Assembly: GCA_023819035.1 (NCBI GenBank) | Contig: JAMWCL010000001.1 | Location: forward strand, 66,441-130,440 | Length of the DNA stretch: 64,000 nucleotides | Direction: 5' to 3' | Origin: Candidatus Omnitrophota bacterium | GTDB taxonomy: Bacteria > Omnitrophota > Gorgyraeia > Gygaellales > Profunditerraquicolaceae | Notes under the pieces: generated by a model | Seen by the model: only the letters and a program-made list of their open reading frames with translations | Databases searched by the model: none | Told to the model about the DNA's origin: nothing | Position numbers and translations under genes: made by a program | Part shown: one piece after another, positions 1 through 9,729 of the stretch | Layout: each line of letters starts with the position of its first letter | Position numbering within the stretch: position 1 is the first letter of the stretch

Positions 1-510
1 ATCCTCCAATTCAGTATAAGTAGGATTAAGAATAAAATTATTTTTTATCCTGCCTACCCGACAACAACCCAGAGGACCATTGAAGGGGATATCTGAAATA
101 GATAAGGCTGCAGATGCACCGATTACGGAAATGACATCCGGATCATTTTCTCCATCGCTAGATAAGACAATGGCCATAATTTGAACCTCATTAAATATAC
201 CTTTAGGGAAAAGGGGTCTTATAGGCCGGTCAATAAGGCGAGCGGTTAAGATCTCATTTTCGGATGGTTTGCCTTCTCTCTTAAAGAATCCTCCAGGGAT
301 TCTACCTGCAGCATAGGTTTTTTCTTGATATTCTACTGTCAAAGGAAAAAAATCCTTATCTTCCTTGGGCTCCTTTGACATACAACAGGTAACCAGCACT
401 ACCGTTCCCCCATATTGAACTGTGACCGAACCATTAGCCTGCCTGGCAATTCTGCCTGTTTCTAAGATTAAATCATTATTCCCAAATCTTATTTTGCTGA
501 TACTATCCAT
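1..510 (-). CDS. pnp: polyribonucleotide nucleotidyltransferase (PNPase), N-terminal part; gene continues beyond window start
   Basis: Minus-strand translation from ATG at 510..508 reads [29 protein letters not shown]..., a typical PNPase N-terminus (RNase PH-like domain). It sits immediately downstream of rpsO, as in the conserved rpsO-pnp pair. Confidence 0.8.
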   Translation of the reverse strand, partial: MDSISKIRFGNNDLILETGRIARQANGSVTVQYGGTVVLVTCCMSKEPKEDKDFFPLTVEYQEKTYAAGRIPGGFFKREGKPSENEILTARLIDRPIRPLFPKGIFNEVQIMAIVLSSDGENDPDVISVIGASAALSISDIPFNGPLGCCRVGRIKNNFILNPTYTELED

Positions 511-534
511 AGTAGGTTTTACTAAAAATAGGTT

Positions 535-804
535 TTACTTTTTTAAATGCAACTTATTTACTATCTCTTCGTATCTTTTGATATCCTTATTCTTAAGATA
601 ATTTAAGAATTTTCTCCGTCTACCCACAAGGACAAGCAGACCGCGTCGAGAACTGAAATCTTTTTTATGGCGCTTAAAATGTTCGGTAAGATTATTAATT
701 CTTTCTGTCAAAAGGGCAATCTGCACCTCTGCAGATCCCGTATCTCTACTGTGGATTTTAAAAGCATCGATGATTTTTCTCTTTTTTTCTTGCAGTAACT
801 CCAA
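535..804 (-). CDS. rpsO: 30S ribosomal protein S15
   Basis: 89 aa; sequence ...[35 protein letters not shown]... matches the S15 family; followed by pnp. Confidence 0.9.
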   Translation of the reverse strand: MELLQEKKRKIIDAFKIHSRDTGSAEVQIALLTERINNLTEHFKRHKKDFSSRRGLLVLVGRRRKFLNYLKNKDIKRYEEIVNKLHLKK

Positions 805-878
805 TTTTACTCACCTCCTTTTTTCAAAAATTTTATTATACGCTACTTTCTTTAATAAGTCAATATTCATATCTTTAA

Positions 879-1688
879 TTATTTAGAAAGACTTGCTAAA
901 AAATCTTGAACCTTCTGTCTTAATAAAGTTTCAGATTCAAAAAAACAAAGATTATGACTACCTCGAATAGTAAAAAATTCTTTCGGTGTAGGTGCAGCCT
1001 GATAAAGCCTTTGACTCAATTTATAAGGAACAATTTCATCATCAAGACTATGGATAATAAGTTTAGGTATATTTATGGATTTTATCTTATTTATAGAATC
1101 AAAACGTACAGAAAAAACCCAATAGGGAACAAAAGGATAAATATGTCTTGCCATATCCCTTGCACAACTGAACCCGCCCTCTAAGATTAAGGCAGCCATT
1201 TTATAACGAGATGCTAAGTCAATAATCACCGCGCTTCCAATCGACTCACCATAACCGATAACCCAGGAACCAGTTATACCAGTAAAAGCCAGATGATTAT
1301 AGGCTGACTCAGCATCAAGATAAAGCCCTTTCTCCGAAGGAGAGCCTTCACTTTGGCCATAGCCCCGGTAATCAAAAATAAAGACATTACATCCTAATTG
1401 ATGAAAGAAAAGAATCTTTTCTAGACGATGACTAATATTTCCCGCATTACCATGACAAAAAAGAATAGTGTAGTTTGCACCATCAGAGGGTATAAACCAA
1501 CCATGGAGTCTTAAACCATCCTCGGTCTTAAAAAAACAATCTTTAAAATTAAGACCAACATCTTTGGGAAAAAATTCTAACTTAGCATCGGGATAGAAGA
1601 TCGCCCGCTTCTCAAGCCATCGGAAATAAATAATAAGCAAAATAAAAACAAAGATTAATAATAAGAAACTATTCGGTCTTATTACCAT
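879..1688 (-). CDS. alpha/beta-fold hydrolase with N-terminal membrane anchor
   Basis: 269 aa; N-terminal hydrophobic helix; HGNAGN oxyanion-hole-like motif; GESIGS nucleophile elbow (GxSxG). Confidence 0.7.
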   Translation of the reverse strand: MVIRPNSFLLLIFVFILLIIYFRWLEKRAIFYPDAKLEFFPKDVGLNFKDCFFKTEDGLRLHGWFIPSDGANYTILFCHGNAGNISHRLEKILFFHQLGCNVFIFDYRGYGQSEGSPSEKGLYLDAESAYNHLAFTGITGSWVIGYGESIGSAVIIDLASRYKMAALILEGGFSCARDMARHIYPFVPYWVFSVRFDSINKIKSINIPKLIIHSLDDEIVPYKLSQRLYQAAPTPKEFFTIRGSHNLCFFESETLLRQKVQDFLASLSK

Positions 1689-1758
1689 TATTATTTGCCT
1701 AATAATTTATTAATTTCTAAAATCACCGATACTTAAAAAATAAAACATTAATTCTTTT

Positions 1759-4665
1759 TTATCTTAACAGTCTAAATGAACAAATCTGATTGTAAGCACA
1801 ATAGGTGCATGATATATAAGAGGGAGTGGCAGAAAAATTAGCTTTTCTTATACCCTCAGAAACCTCTCTGATTATTTTTTTTACTTTCTCTAAATCTTGA
1901 TCTTTAACCTGGTAACTTCCAATAAGCCCAGATTCTAAGAAATAAAGCTGTACTAACTTAGGTAACTTGCCAAAAATACTTTTATAAGCAAAGGCATAAA
2001 TTAAAAGCTGTAGACTTTCCTTAGCACGTTTATCTGCTTCCTTCTGTTTATTTAATTCCGAGGTTTTAAAATCCATAATAATTGCCCCATCCTCTTTTAT
2101 ATCAATACGGTCAAATCTACCTGTAATTCTATTATTCTCAAAAAGAAAGGAAAACTCCTTCTCAACATATAAAGGTTGACTGTTGCGTTTCTTTTCTTCA
2201 TTAAAAAATCTTACCAATGTTTGCTGACCAACCCGAAAACGCTCTTGCTGATGCTCTTCATCAATAAAACCCTGTGGGATGAAGTTTTGTTTAAAGATAT
2301 CTAAAAGTTCAGATAATTCCATTTCTTTACCCATGAGTTTATATTGAAAGTACTTAGTAACCGCCTCATGCATTGCCTTACCATATATTACTGTATGATG
2401 CTCCATAATCGGCACGTGAAGAATATGCACATACATATATTTTAAAGGGCAAGTAATATAGTCATCTATCTGATAATAACTTAAATTTAAAATCTCATCC
2501 CAAGAAATCTGTTTTAATATCTTCGTCTTTAAGATCTTGACGGGTGCAAAATGTTTAATTGTTTCAAGCGGGGCGATCTTTTGACTTTCTTTTTCTATTC
2601 TTGCCTTACCTAAGGCTTCAATCACAAATTGGCTTACCTGTCTTAACCTGACCCCTCCATAATCAACTGCAGAGGTAAAATACAACTCTTCTTTCGCGCG
2701 GGTCATACCCACATAGAAAAGTCGACGCTCTTCTTGAATATGGAAATCCCCGCTAGGCAGGATTTCTTTGATTAAAGCATCAGGTAGTTCAATAGGCTGT
2801 CGGCGATGAGGAACGGGAAACTTTCCATTTACTAAATTAACTAAAAATACAACCCTAAATTCTAATCCCTTTGCTTTATGGATAGTAAGGACATTTACTA
2901 CATCATTACCTAATTCTAAATCCTGCGTTTCTGGGTCATCACCTGCTTCTATTAATAGATCCAAATGATTCACAAAATTGATTACACGGTCCTCCTTGGC
3001 TAAAAACTCGAAATCGCGGACAATATTAAAAAACTTAGCTATATTTTGAATCTTAACCTCATTTTCTAAGTTAATCTTTTTAGTCAATCTTTTTAAAAAC
3101 CCTGTTTCTGTTAAAAACTTATAAAGTAACCTTCCGGTCGTTTGCTGACGGGAAATCTCAAAGAATCTTTCCAATTCAAATAATATCTTATCGATCTTTT
3201 TACGTGAGACTTGACTTACCTCAGATAACTCAGGGATCTTATCCAGGTTTTTAAAAACCGAATAAAGAGGTTTATTCCTTATCTTGGCGTAGTGCATACA
3301 TAGACTTAAATCAAAATGATCTATGTTATAAATCTGACTATTTAGAAGATAATACAAGCTTAAAGAATTTAAAGGATCAGCCATAAATTTTAAAAAATGG
3401 ATACAAAGTTTCACCTCATCCTTAGAATAAAGACCTTGGGCACCGCTAAACTGCCAGGGAATGCCCTGCATATTCATCGCTTGGAGAAATCCTTGTGCAT
3501 CAGAATTAGAACGCACCAGAATCGCAAAATCACCAAATTTATATTTCTTGGTCTTTACCTTATTCTTAATTGTCCCTGCTACCCAATCCGCCTCAGAGGA
3601 GTGATTATCAAAATGTTTATGAATGGGAGGTAGACCCTTTTCTGATAAAGCAATGAGCTTCTTATTGATTCCTGATTTAACCTCAAAACGTTCAGGATTA
3701 TTATATTGAATAAGCTGATAGGCGCTATCAAGAATCATTTGATTTGAGCGATAATTACGGATAAGACTAATCTTTTTACTTTCGGGAAATGCCTCCATAA
3801 AATTTAAGACATTACTGTAAGCTGCTCCTCGCCAACGATAGATAGATTGATCATCGTCGGCTACGACAGTGATATTTTTATGTTCCTCAGCCAAAAGTTT
3901 TACCATCTGAAATTGAGCAAAGTTTGTATCCTGAAATTCATCTACAAGTATAAACTTAAATTGTTTCTGGTATCTTTTTAAAATAAAGGGGTGCTCTCTT
4001 AAAAGCTTTAATGCCAGATAAAACTGATTACCAAAATCAATTAAACCATGCTTTGCCAGAAGCTCCTGATACTTATTATAGGCAGAGGCAATCTCCATCT
4101 GTTTTAGTGCTTCTTCAAGCAATGCTTCATCCGATGTCTCTTTAGCTTTAAGCATTAATTGTTGTGCGTATTGATAGTATTGCTGAGGTGAGACATCCTC
4201 ATCCTTTGCTCGACTAAAAACCGAGATTAAAGCTTCGATAAAACGCGTAGGTTCGGATAAAGGCCGATAATAATTGAGAGCAAACTCAAATAGATGCTCA
4301 CGGAAAAAAACCATTGCCTCAGCACGCGTAAGAACCTGGAAATCAGGGTTTAAACCCACCTCTAAGGCATTCTCACGCAGGATTCTATCCCCAAAAGCAT
4401 GAAAGGTCATTATCCAAATATCGGTGTAACCGTAAGGGACAAGCACATCTACTCGCTCAAGCATCTGAAGGGATGCCTTATCAGTAAAGGTAAGTGCTAA
4501 AATCTCATTGGTCTTAGCTAAACCTTCCGATAAGAGCCAGGCAATCCGATGGGTAATTACAGTGGTCTTACCTGTGCCTGCTCCCGCAATGATTAACAAA
4601 GGTCCTTCCCGATGCGTAACCGCCTCTTTCTGTTCTGGGTTTAACCCCTCTAAAACATTAATCAT
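1759..4665 (-). CDS. UvrD/PcrA-like SF1 helicase fused to a C-terminal PD-(D/E)XK (RecB/Cas4-like) nuclease domain with a 4-Cys cluster
   Basis: 968 aa. Walker A AGAGTGKTT near the N-terminus; UvrD-type motifs (FILVDEFQDTN, VVADDDQSIYRWRGA). C-terminal RIDIKEDGAIIMDFKTS (D..D/ExK), QLLIYAFAY (QxxxY) and Cys residues C..CTYCAYNQIC (Cx2Cx5C plus an upstream Cys), as in AddB/AdnAB/Cas4 iron-sulfur nuclease domains. Confidence 0.75.
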   Translation of the reverse strand: MINVLEGLNPEQKEAVTHREGPLLIIAGAGTGKTTVITHRIAWLLSEGLAKTNEILALTFTDKASLQMLERVDVLVPYGYTDIWIMTFHAFGDRILRENALEVGLNPDFQVLTRAEAMVFFREHLFEFALNYYRPLSEPTRFIEALISVFSRAKDEDVSPQQYYQYAQQLMLKAKETSDEALLEEALKQMEIASAYNKYQELLAKHGLIDFGNQFYLALKLLREHPFILKRYQKQFKFILVDEFQDTNFAQFQMVKLLAEEHKNITVVADDDQSIYRWRGAAYSNVLNFMEAFPESKKISLIRNYRSNQMILDSAYQLIQYNNPERFEVKSGINKKLIALSEKGLPPIHKHFDNHSSEADWVAGTIKNKVKTKKYKFGDFAILVRSNSDAQGFLQAMNMQGIPWQFSGAQGLYSKDEVKLCIHFLKFMADPLNSLSLYYLLNSQIYNIDHFDLSLCMHYAKIRNKPLYSVFKNLDKIPELSEVSQVSRKKIDKILFELERFFEISRQQTTGRLLYKFLTETGFLKRLTKKINLENEVKIQNIAKFFNIVRDFEFLAKEDRVINFVNHLDLLIEAGDDPETQDLELGNDVVNVLTIHKAKGLEFRVVFLVNLVNGKFPVPHRRQPIELPDALIKEILPSGDFHIQEERRLFYVGMTRAKEELYFTSAVDYGGVRLRQVSQFVIEALGKARIEKESQKIAPLETIKHFAPVKILKTKILKQISWDEILNLSYYQIDDYITCPLKYMYVHILHVPIMEHHTVIYGKAMHEAVTKYFQYKLMGKEMELSELLDIFKQNFIPQGFIDEEHQQERFRVGQQTLVRFFNEEKKRNSQPLYVEKEFSFLFENNRITGRFDRIDIKEDGAIIMDFKTSELNKQKEADKRAKESLQLLIYAFAYKSIFGKLPKLVQLYFLESGLIGSYQVKDQDLEKVKKIIREVSEGIRKANFSATPSYISCTYCAYNQICSFRLLR

Positions 4666-4677
4666 CTTAATTATTCC

Positions 4678-4705
4678 TTGACAATAAATTATTTTCTAAT
4701 ATACT
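4678..4705 (+). promoter_or_regulatory. sigma70-type promoter for rpmB
   Basis: TTGACA at 4678..4683; 16-nt spacer; TATACT at 4700..4705; AAGGAG Shine-Dalgarno at 4718..4723, 6 nt before ATG at 4730. Confidence 0.4.
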
Positions 4706-4729
4706 AATTTAATCTGCAAGGAGCCAGAT

Positions 4730-4960
4730 ATGCTTAAAAAATGTACCTTTTGTGGAAAGGGCACGCTTACCGGAAAAGTGGTAACCCGTAAGGGACTTGC
4801 CAAGAGTAAAGGTGGCACGGGTAGTAAAATAGCCCGTTCCTCTAAACGCAAATTTTTCCCCAATCTCCAAAAAATGCGTATCCTTATTAACCAGCATCCT
4901 CAAACTGTTTATCTCTGCGCAAAGTGTATCAAAAAAGGCAATTTCCAAAAGATTATCTAA
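4730..4960 (+). CDS. rpmB: 50S ribosomal protein L28
   Basis: 76 aa; CxxC...CxxC zinc-ribbon; segment RKFFPNLQKMRILIN...VYLCAKCIKKG matches the L28 family; strong Shine-Dalgarno and promoter. The overlapping minus-strand ORF 4709..4948 is rejected. Confidence 0.8.
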   Translation: MLKKCTFCGKGTLTGKVVTRKGLAKSKGGTGSKIARSSKRKFFPNLQKMRILINQHPQTVYLCAKCIKKGNFQKII

Positions 4961-6644
4961 AAAATATCTCTTTTATCTCCAAAAGAAGATCTGTCCTATC
5001 CTCCCAAACGTCTAAGCCAACAGTATAAACTAAATCTAAAGAATCTGCATTTAAAAGATAGGTATTGAGACATTCCATACCAAACCCTATTGCTGGATAA
5101 GTGACCATGCCGTCAGTAACCCATAATTTTATGGTGTCCTTACCAAGTATCTGAGGCTTACTTTTTAAGCTAAGGCCACGCGTATAAAATAAAACCTGCG
5201 GATTACCCACTCCATAGGGTTGTAAACTTTCTAATTCTTTAGCTAAAGATTCATTTAAATCGGAAAGCTTTATTTCCATATCTATATCTAAACTAGGAAT
5301 TAAATCCTCACCACTAAGCCATTCATTAGCTAAACGATTAATCGTATCTTTAAAATCAAATATTTTATCTTCAGCAATTAAAAGTCCCGCTGCATGACTG
5401 TGTCCGCCAAATGTACTTAAAAATTCCTTGCATTCTAAAAGCGCTTGGAAAAGATGAAAATTCTTTATTGAACGGCCTGAACCTCTACATAAACCAGGGG
5501 TTTTAGAGATTACAATCGCGGGTCGATGAAACCTATCTACTATCTTTGAGGCAACTATCCCCAAGACGCCCTGATGCCAGTTTTCTTTAGCAAGCACAAT
5601 TACCTTATCCTCGTTAAAATTAATCTCTTTCTCAATTAAAGAGTGTGCCTCTTCTAATATCTGATTTTCTATCTTCTGACGCTGACGATTATAAAGCTCC
5701 AACCGCTCAGCTAATCTATCTGCTTCCTCTTCATCTTGACTTAATAAAAGATCTAAAGAAGTCTGCGCGGTATCTAAGCGACCACTGGCATTTATCCGAG
5801 GACCTAAAATATAACTGATCGATTCGGTATCAAGGCGCATATTTTTTAACCTACTTTTTTTCTTTAAAGCCTTAAGCCCGGGATGATTAGTTTGAGCAAG
5901 TCGAAGTAACCCTTCCTTTACCATAACGCGATTCTCACTTAACAAAGGAACCGCATCCGCTACTGTACCCAAACAGACTAGCTCTAACTTATCAAATAAG
6001 TCCTCTTCGCTTAAGGCCTGACAGAATTTATAAACTACCCCTACCCCTGCTAAATCCTTATAAGGGTAGCCGGATTCTTTAAGTTTAGGGTTAAGTATGG
6101 CTGAAGCAGTAGAAGGCCTGGTTTCATCTTTAGGTTGATGATGGTCGGTAATTATTACCTCGATATTATCTTTTCTTAACTGTTCTATTTGTTCATAATC
6201 GTTTGTGCCGCAGTCAGCAGTAATGAGAACCTTAACATTTTTCTGCTTAGCAAACTCAATAATATTTCTATTTAAACCATATCCTTCTTTGATCCGATGA
6301 GGTAAATAATAGATTACCTCTAACCCCATCCTTGAAAGGGTTTCTTTTAATATTGCCAAGGAAGTCAATCCATCGGCATCATAATCACCGAAGATCATTA
6401 CCTTAAACTTATCTTTTACTGCCTTTTTGATGAGATTGACCGCCTTAGGCATCTCGGAAAATAAATAGGAGCTTAAAAGATAATTTAACTTAGGGTTCAA
6501 GAATCTTTCTGCTTCCTCTATATCTTTTATTCCCCGGTTAATCAAAATATTAGCCATAATCTTTGAAATCTTTAAGGCCTTGGTTAATTCTTCTTGTAGC
6601 TCTAAGTTTATCGGAGCAATGTTTAAAATCTTGCGCTTATACAT
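4953..6644 (-). CDS. recJ: single-stranded-DNA-specific exonuclease RecJ
   Basis: 563 aa; DHH motifs (FGDYDADGLTS, ITDHH) and DHHA1 region (GGHSHAAG). Confidence 0.85.
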   Translation of the reverse strand: MYKRKILNIAPINLELQEELTKALKISKIMANILINRGIKDIEEAERFLNPKLNYLLSSYLFSEMPKAVNLIKKAVKDKFKVMIFGDYDADGLTSLAILKETLSRMGLEVIYYLPHRIKEGYGLNRNIIEFAKQKNVKVLITADCGTNDYEQIEQLRKDNIEVIITDHHQPKDETRPSTASAILNPKLKESGYPYKDLAGVGVVYKFCQALSEEDLFDKLELVCLGTVADAVPLLSENRVMVKEGLLRLAQTNHPGLKALKKKSRLKNMRLDTESISYILGPRINASGRLDTAQTSLDLLLSQDEEEADRLAERLELYNRQRQKIENQILEEAHSLIEKEINFNEDKVIVLAKENWHQGVLGIVASKIVDRFHRPAIVISKTPGLCRGSGRSIKNFHLFQALLECKEFLSTFGGHSHAAGLLIAEDKIFDFKDTINRLANEWLSGEDLIPSLDIDMEIKLSDLNESLAKELESLQPYGVGNPQVLFYTRGLSLKSKPQILGKDTIKLWVTDGMVTYPAIGFGMECLNTYLLNADSLDLVYTVGLDVWEDRTDLLLEIKEIFFR

Positions 6645-6651
6645 ATAAAAC

Positions 6652-8289
6652 CTACATTTTTTCAGGACAGGTTAGACCTAACAATTCCAAACCGCAGGCT
6701 AGAACTACCTGGGTTGCTTTAATTAAAGCTAATCGCGTTTTTGTAAGTTTAACATCTACTCCTAATACACGATGGCGATCATAAAATCTATGGAAAAACT
6801 CAGCTACCTCCTTAAGAAATACGGTCAAAGGATAAGGATCAAGATTATCTAAGCAGACGCTTAATACAGAATCAAATCTTACTAATTGTTTAATCAGCTC
6901 TATCTCTTCCTTCTGGGTAAGTAGGGTTAAATCTATATCTTTAAGTTTAATATCTGTATCTGGCTGTCTTAGGATACTGCAGATCCGGGCATGCGCATAT
7001 TGAATATAATAAACAGGATTTTCGGGACTTTGTTTTTTAGCGGCATCCAGGTCAAAATCTAAATGACTTGAGGTCCTCCGCATAAGAAAGAAAAATCTTG
7101 AAGCATCCCTTCCTACCTCATCCATAACCTCTCTTAGGGTTACATATTGGCCTTTTCGGGTTGACATTTCCACAGGTTTTCCATCTTTAAATAAGGTAGC
7201 TAACTGAATAATAATGATGGACAAACTATTAGGGTCTTTTCCTAATGCCTCCACCCCTGCCTTAAGTCGATTAATATATCCGTGATGGTCAGGACCCCAA
7301 AGATTAATTAACCAGCTAAAACCACGTCTATATTTATCCTGGTGATAGGCGAGATCGGGAGCTAGATATGTATAGGAACCATCGCTTTTTACTACCACCC
7401 TATCCTTATCATCACCAAAATCAGTAGATTTAAACCAAATTGCGCCCTCTTTTTCATAAATAAAACCGCGCTGCCTTAAGAAATCTAAAGCCTTTTTTAT
7501 CTTACCGCTTTTTCTTAATGCCTTCTGGCTATACCAGTAATCAAATCTTATCCCAAAATCTTCAAGATCTTTTTTGATTATCCTTAAGATATATCTTACC
7601 GCATAATCACTTAGGTTTTTTATTTTAATTTTGTTTTCCCGTAATTTTTTGGCTATATCATAAATATAATCTCCTTGATAATAATCAGAGGGGTAAGTTA
7701 TCTTTTGGCCTTCTAATTCTTTTATCTTCAACTCTACACTTTTACCGAGAATCTCAATCTGTCTACCCTCATCATTAAGATAGTACTCACGCTTTACCTT
7801 AAAACCTAAAAATGCCAGTATATTTGCTAAGGAATCCCCTACTACTGCCTGCCGTGCGTGAGCAACCGATAAGGGACCGGTGGGATTGGCACTGACAAAT
7901 TCAATAAGCACTTTCTTAGAAAGACCGATATTTTTCTTAAGGGCTTTTTTTTCTTTAATAAATATATCTTTAATTTTTTCATAAAAATATATTTTAGAAA
8001 AATAAAAATTTATAAACCCCTTCCCTTCAACCTTAACTTCTTTTATATATCCCTTTAATGGCGTATCTTCCAAATCTCTCTTAATCTCCTCCACTAAAAA
8101 CCTAGCAATCTCATTAATAGGTTTATTAATATCCTTGGTTAATTGCATAGCCACATTAGTATAAAGATCACCAAAACGACTATCTTTGGGTATCTCTAAG
8201 AGAATATTCTTTTTTTCTATATTTAATCCCAAATTAATTATTGCTTTTTTGATTATAGGAATTAATAATTCTTGGATATCCTTTACCAT
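6652..8289 (-). CDS. argS: arginine--tRNA ligase
   Basis: 545 aa; class I HIGH-like region SANPTGPLSVAHARQAVVGD; C-terminal DALR anticodon-binding-like region. Confidence 0.85.
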   Translation of the reverse strand: MVKDIQELLIPIIKKAIINLGLNIEKKNILLEIPKDSRFGDLYTNVAMQLTKDINKPINEIARFLVEEIKRDLEDTPLKGYIKEVKVEGKGFINFYFSKIYFYEKIKDIFIKEKKALKKNIGLSKKVLIEFVSANPTGPLSVAHARQAVVGDSLANILAFLGFKVKREYYLNDEGRQIEILGKSVELKIKELEGQKITYPSDYYQGDYIYDIAKKLRENKIKIKNLSDYAVRYILRIIKKDLEDFGIRFDYWYSQKALRKSGKIKKALDFLRQRGFIYEKEGAIWFKSTDFGDDKDRVVVKSDGSYTYLAPDLAYHQDKYRRGFSWLINLWGPDHHGYINRLKAGVEALGKDPNSLSIIIIQLATLFKDGKPVEMSTRKGQYVTLREVMDEVGRDASRFFFLMRRTSSHLDFDLDAAKKQSPENPVYYIQYAHARICSILRQPDTDIKLKDIDLTLLTQKEEIELIKQLVRFDSVLSVCLDNLDPYPLTVFLKEVAEFFHRFYDRHRVLGVDVKLTKTRLALIKATQVVLACGLELLGLTCPEKM

Positions 8290-8344
8290 AATTTTTATTT
8301 TGCTTTAGTAAATATATCTTAAAGGAATAATGGCAGGAAACTCA

Positions 8345-8689
8345 TTACTGGAAAGTTTTTACCCTCTCCGTGATCTTATCTCTGGAAACCCTTATCCTTT
8401 TTGCCCCAGACCATAGATGTTCTAGATCATAAAATTCTCTTTTTGGTTTATGGAAGATATGGACTATCACAGAAATATAATCCAGCACAATCCAACCCGA
8501 TTCATCATTGGTTGGAACCTTAGAAAGAGAACTTATACTATCTTTATCTAAATCTTCTTGTATAGCTTGGGCAAGGGCATTTACCTGTCTTAAGGAGGTA
8601 CCACTTAAGATAACAAAATAATCACAAAGGTTTGATACCTGGCGCATATCCAGGATCAGTACCTTCTGTGCTTTTTTGGATTTAGCCAC
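8345..8689 (-). CDS. rsfS: ribosomal silencing factor RsfS (Iojap family)
   Basis: 114 aa; DYFVILSGTSLRQVNALAQAI matches the RsfS core; GTG start. Confidence 0.8.
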   Translation of the reverse strand: MAKSKKAQKVLILDMRQVSNLCDYFVILSGTSLRQVNALAQAIQEDLDKDSISSLSKVPTNDESGWIVLDYISVIVHIFHKPKREFYDLEHLWSGAKRIRVSRDKITERVKTFQ

Positions 8690-8766
8690 CTTAGATATGC
8701 GTAAGGCTAATGCCTGCGAATCTATTGTTATCTTCCTCCCAGAATATTTATAAATATAAGTCCGCT

Positions 8767-8916
8767 TTATTCTTTCCCTAAAATCTTAAACATAGATGTT
8801 CCACAATCAGGGCATTTACCTTTTACTGCGGTTCGCTTATTCTTTAAAGTAACCTTTTGCTCATCCTTCATCTCTTTTTTCGCCTTGCATTTAACACAAT
8901 ATCCCTTCTGTGCCAT
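8767..8916 (-). CDS. small (49 aa) CxxC...CxxC zinc-ribbon protein, not in the supplied ORF track
   Basis: ATG at 8916..8914 preceded by GGAGG Shine-Dalgarno (revcomp of 8921..8925). Translation MAQKGYCVKCKAKKEMKDEQKVTLKNKRTAVKGKCPDCGTSMFKILGKE, TAA stop at 8769..8767. Two Cys pairs spaced about 24 residues apart. Confidence 0.55.
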   Translation of the reverse strand: MAQKGYCVKCKAKKEMKDEQKVTLKNKRTAVKGKCPDCGTSMFKILGKE

Positions 8917-8976
8917 CTTTCCTCCTTATTTAAGATTTTTTATAACTTATTTTTTTCTTTAAGTTAATTATGTTTA

Positions 8977-9005
8977 ATTTTACATAAGATTCTTAATCTT
9001 GTCAA
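8977..9005 (-). promoter_or_regulatory. sigma70-type promoter upstream of the small zinc-ribbon gene
   Basis: On the minus strand: TTGACA (9005..9000), 17-nt spacer, TAAAAT (8982..8977). It lies about 60 nt upstream of the ATG at 8916. Confidence 0.35.
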
Positions 9006-9180
9006 TAAGTTTCAAAAATCTGTGATGTTATAATGCCAATTTGTTAAGGTTAATTGATTGTAGAAATAGAACGCTTTTGAATAAAAAAGAATACCTACTC
9101 TATTCTGTCTAAAATTTTAACATGCTTGCTTAGGAAAGATTTAACATCTTGACCCGTAATCACATCCTTAAAAAATTTTC

Positions 9181-9705
9181 CTATTCTTGCACAACTTTAA
9201 TAACAAAACCTGCGCTATGTGCGCTCATCTCCGGTGCATACATTGACTGTAAAGTAGCAGGACCAATGCGGTATATTCCGGGTTTAGTAGGTCTCAATCT
9301 GTAACGCAAGATATACTCACCATGCGGAAGCCAACTGATGAAGAAATTAGTCAAAGAATCCCGTGGCTCCTCATAAAACCAAAGGGGATCGTATTTCCAA
9401 CCACTTAAAAGCGTCTCAGCTTCAAACCCAGCTGCTTTAAGGTCCTTAAGATGCATATATTCAAATTGGCTTCTTGTATTAATCTTAAGTTGTACTTCTA
9501 TCTGATCGCCAACCGAAACTTCTTCACCGGATTTTATGGGTTTTAGATGATAGGTATCACCTTCCTTTACTCTTCGATAAAATTTACGTTCTAATTCCAG
9601 CATACCGGGGCTTGAGGCCTCAGGGATTTGGTTTGTAGAATATGTCCATGTCATGCTGGCAAAAGCAAGACCTGGACCTTCTTTTTCAATCACAGCTTTA
9701 GACAT
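9181..9705 (-). CDS. A2M-family gene, segment 4 (C-terminal receptor-binding-like domain)
   Basis: 174 aa; C-terminal A2M-like beta-sandwich (LQSMYAPEMSAHSAGFVIKV). Confidence 0.55.
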   Translation of the reverse strand: MSKAVIEKEGPGLAFASMTWTYSTNQIPEASSPGMLELERKFYRRVKEGDTYHLKPIKSGEEVSVGDQIEVQLKINTRSQFEYMHLKDLKAAGFEAETLLSGWKYDPLWFYEEPRDSLTNFFISWLPHGEYILRYRLRPTKPGIYRIGPATLQSMYAPEMSAHSAGFVIKVVQE

Positions 9706-9729
9706 TTGTGAAGTAATCTCAAAACCCTT

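Noticed and set aside
4709-4948. 79-aa minus-strand ORF overlapping rpmB
   Set aside because: The + strand frame encodes a clear L28 with promoter and Shine-Dalgarno. The minus ORF has no support.
8767-8916. Assigning the 49-aa zinc-ribbon protein as ribosomal protein L33
   Set aside because: Cys spacing and a KNKR stretch resemble L33. The residues after the first CxxC and the C-terminus do not match the L33 consensus well. It is left as an unassigned zinc ribbon.
8917-9180. Possible tRNA, 6S or other small RNA in the largest intergenic gap
   Set aside because: There is no T-loop-like GGTTCGAAT-type motif or cloverleaf, and only weak 5-bp AT-rich hairpins. The gap is better explained by the A2M 3' end plus the promoter of the small zinc-ribbon gene. 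A 6S RNA cannot be excluded without covariance-model searching.
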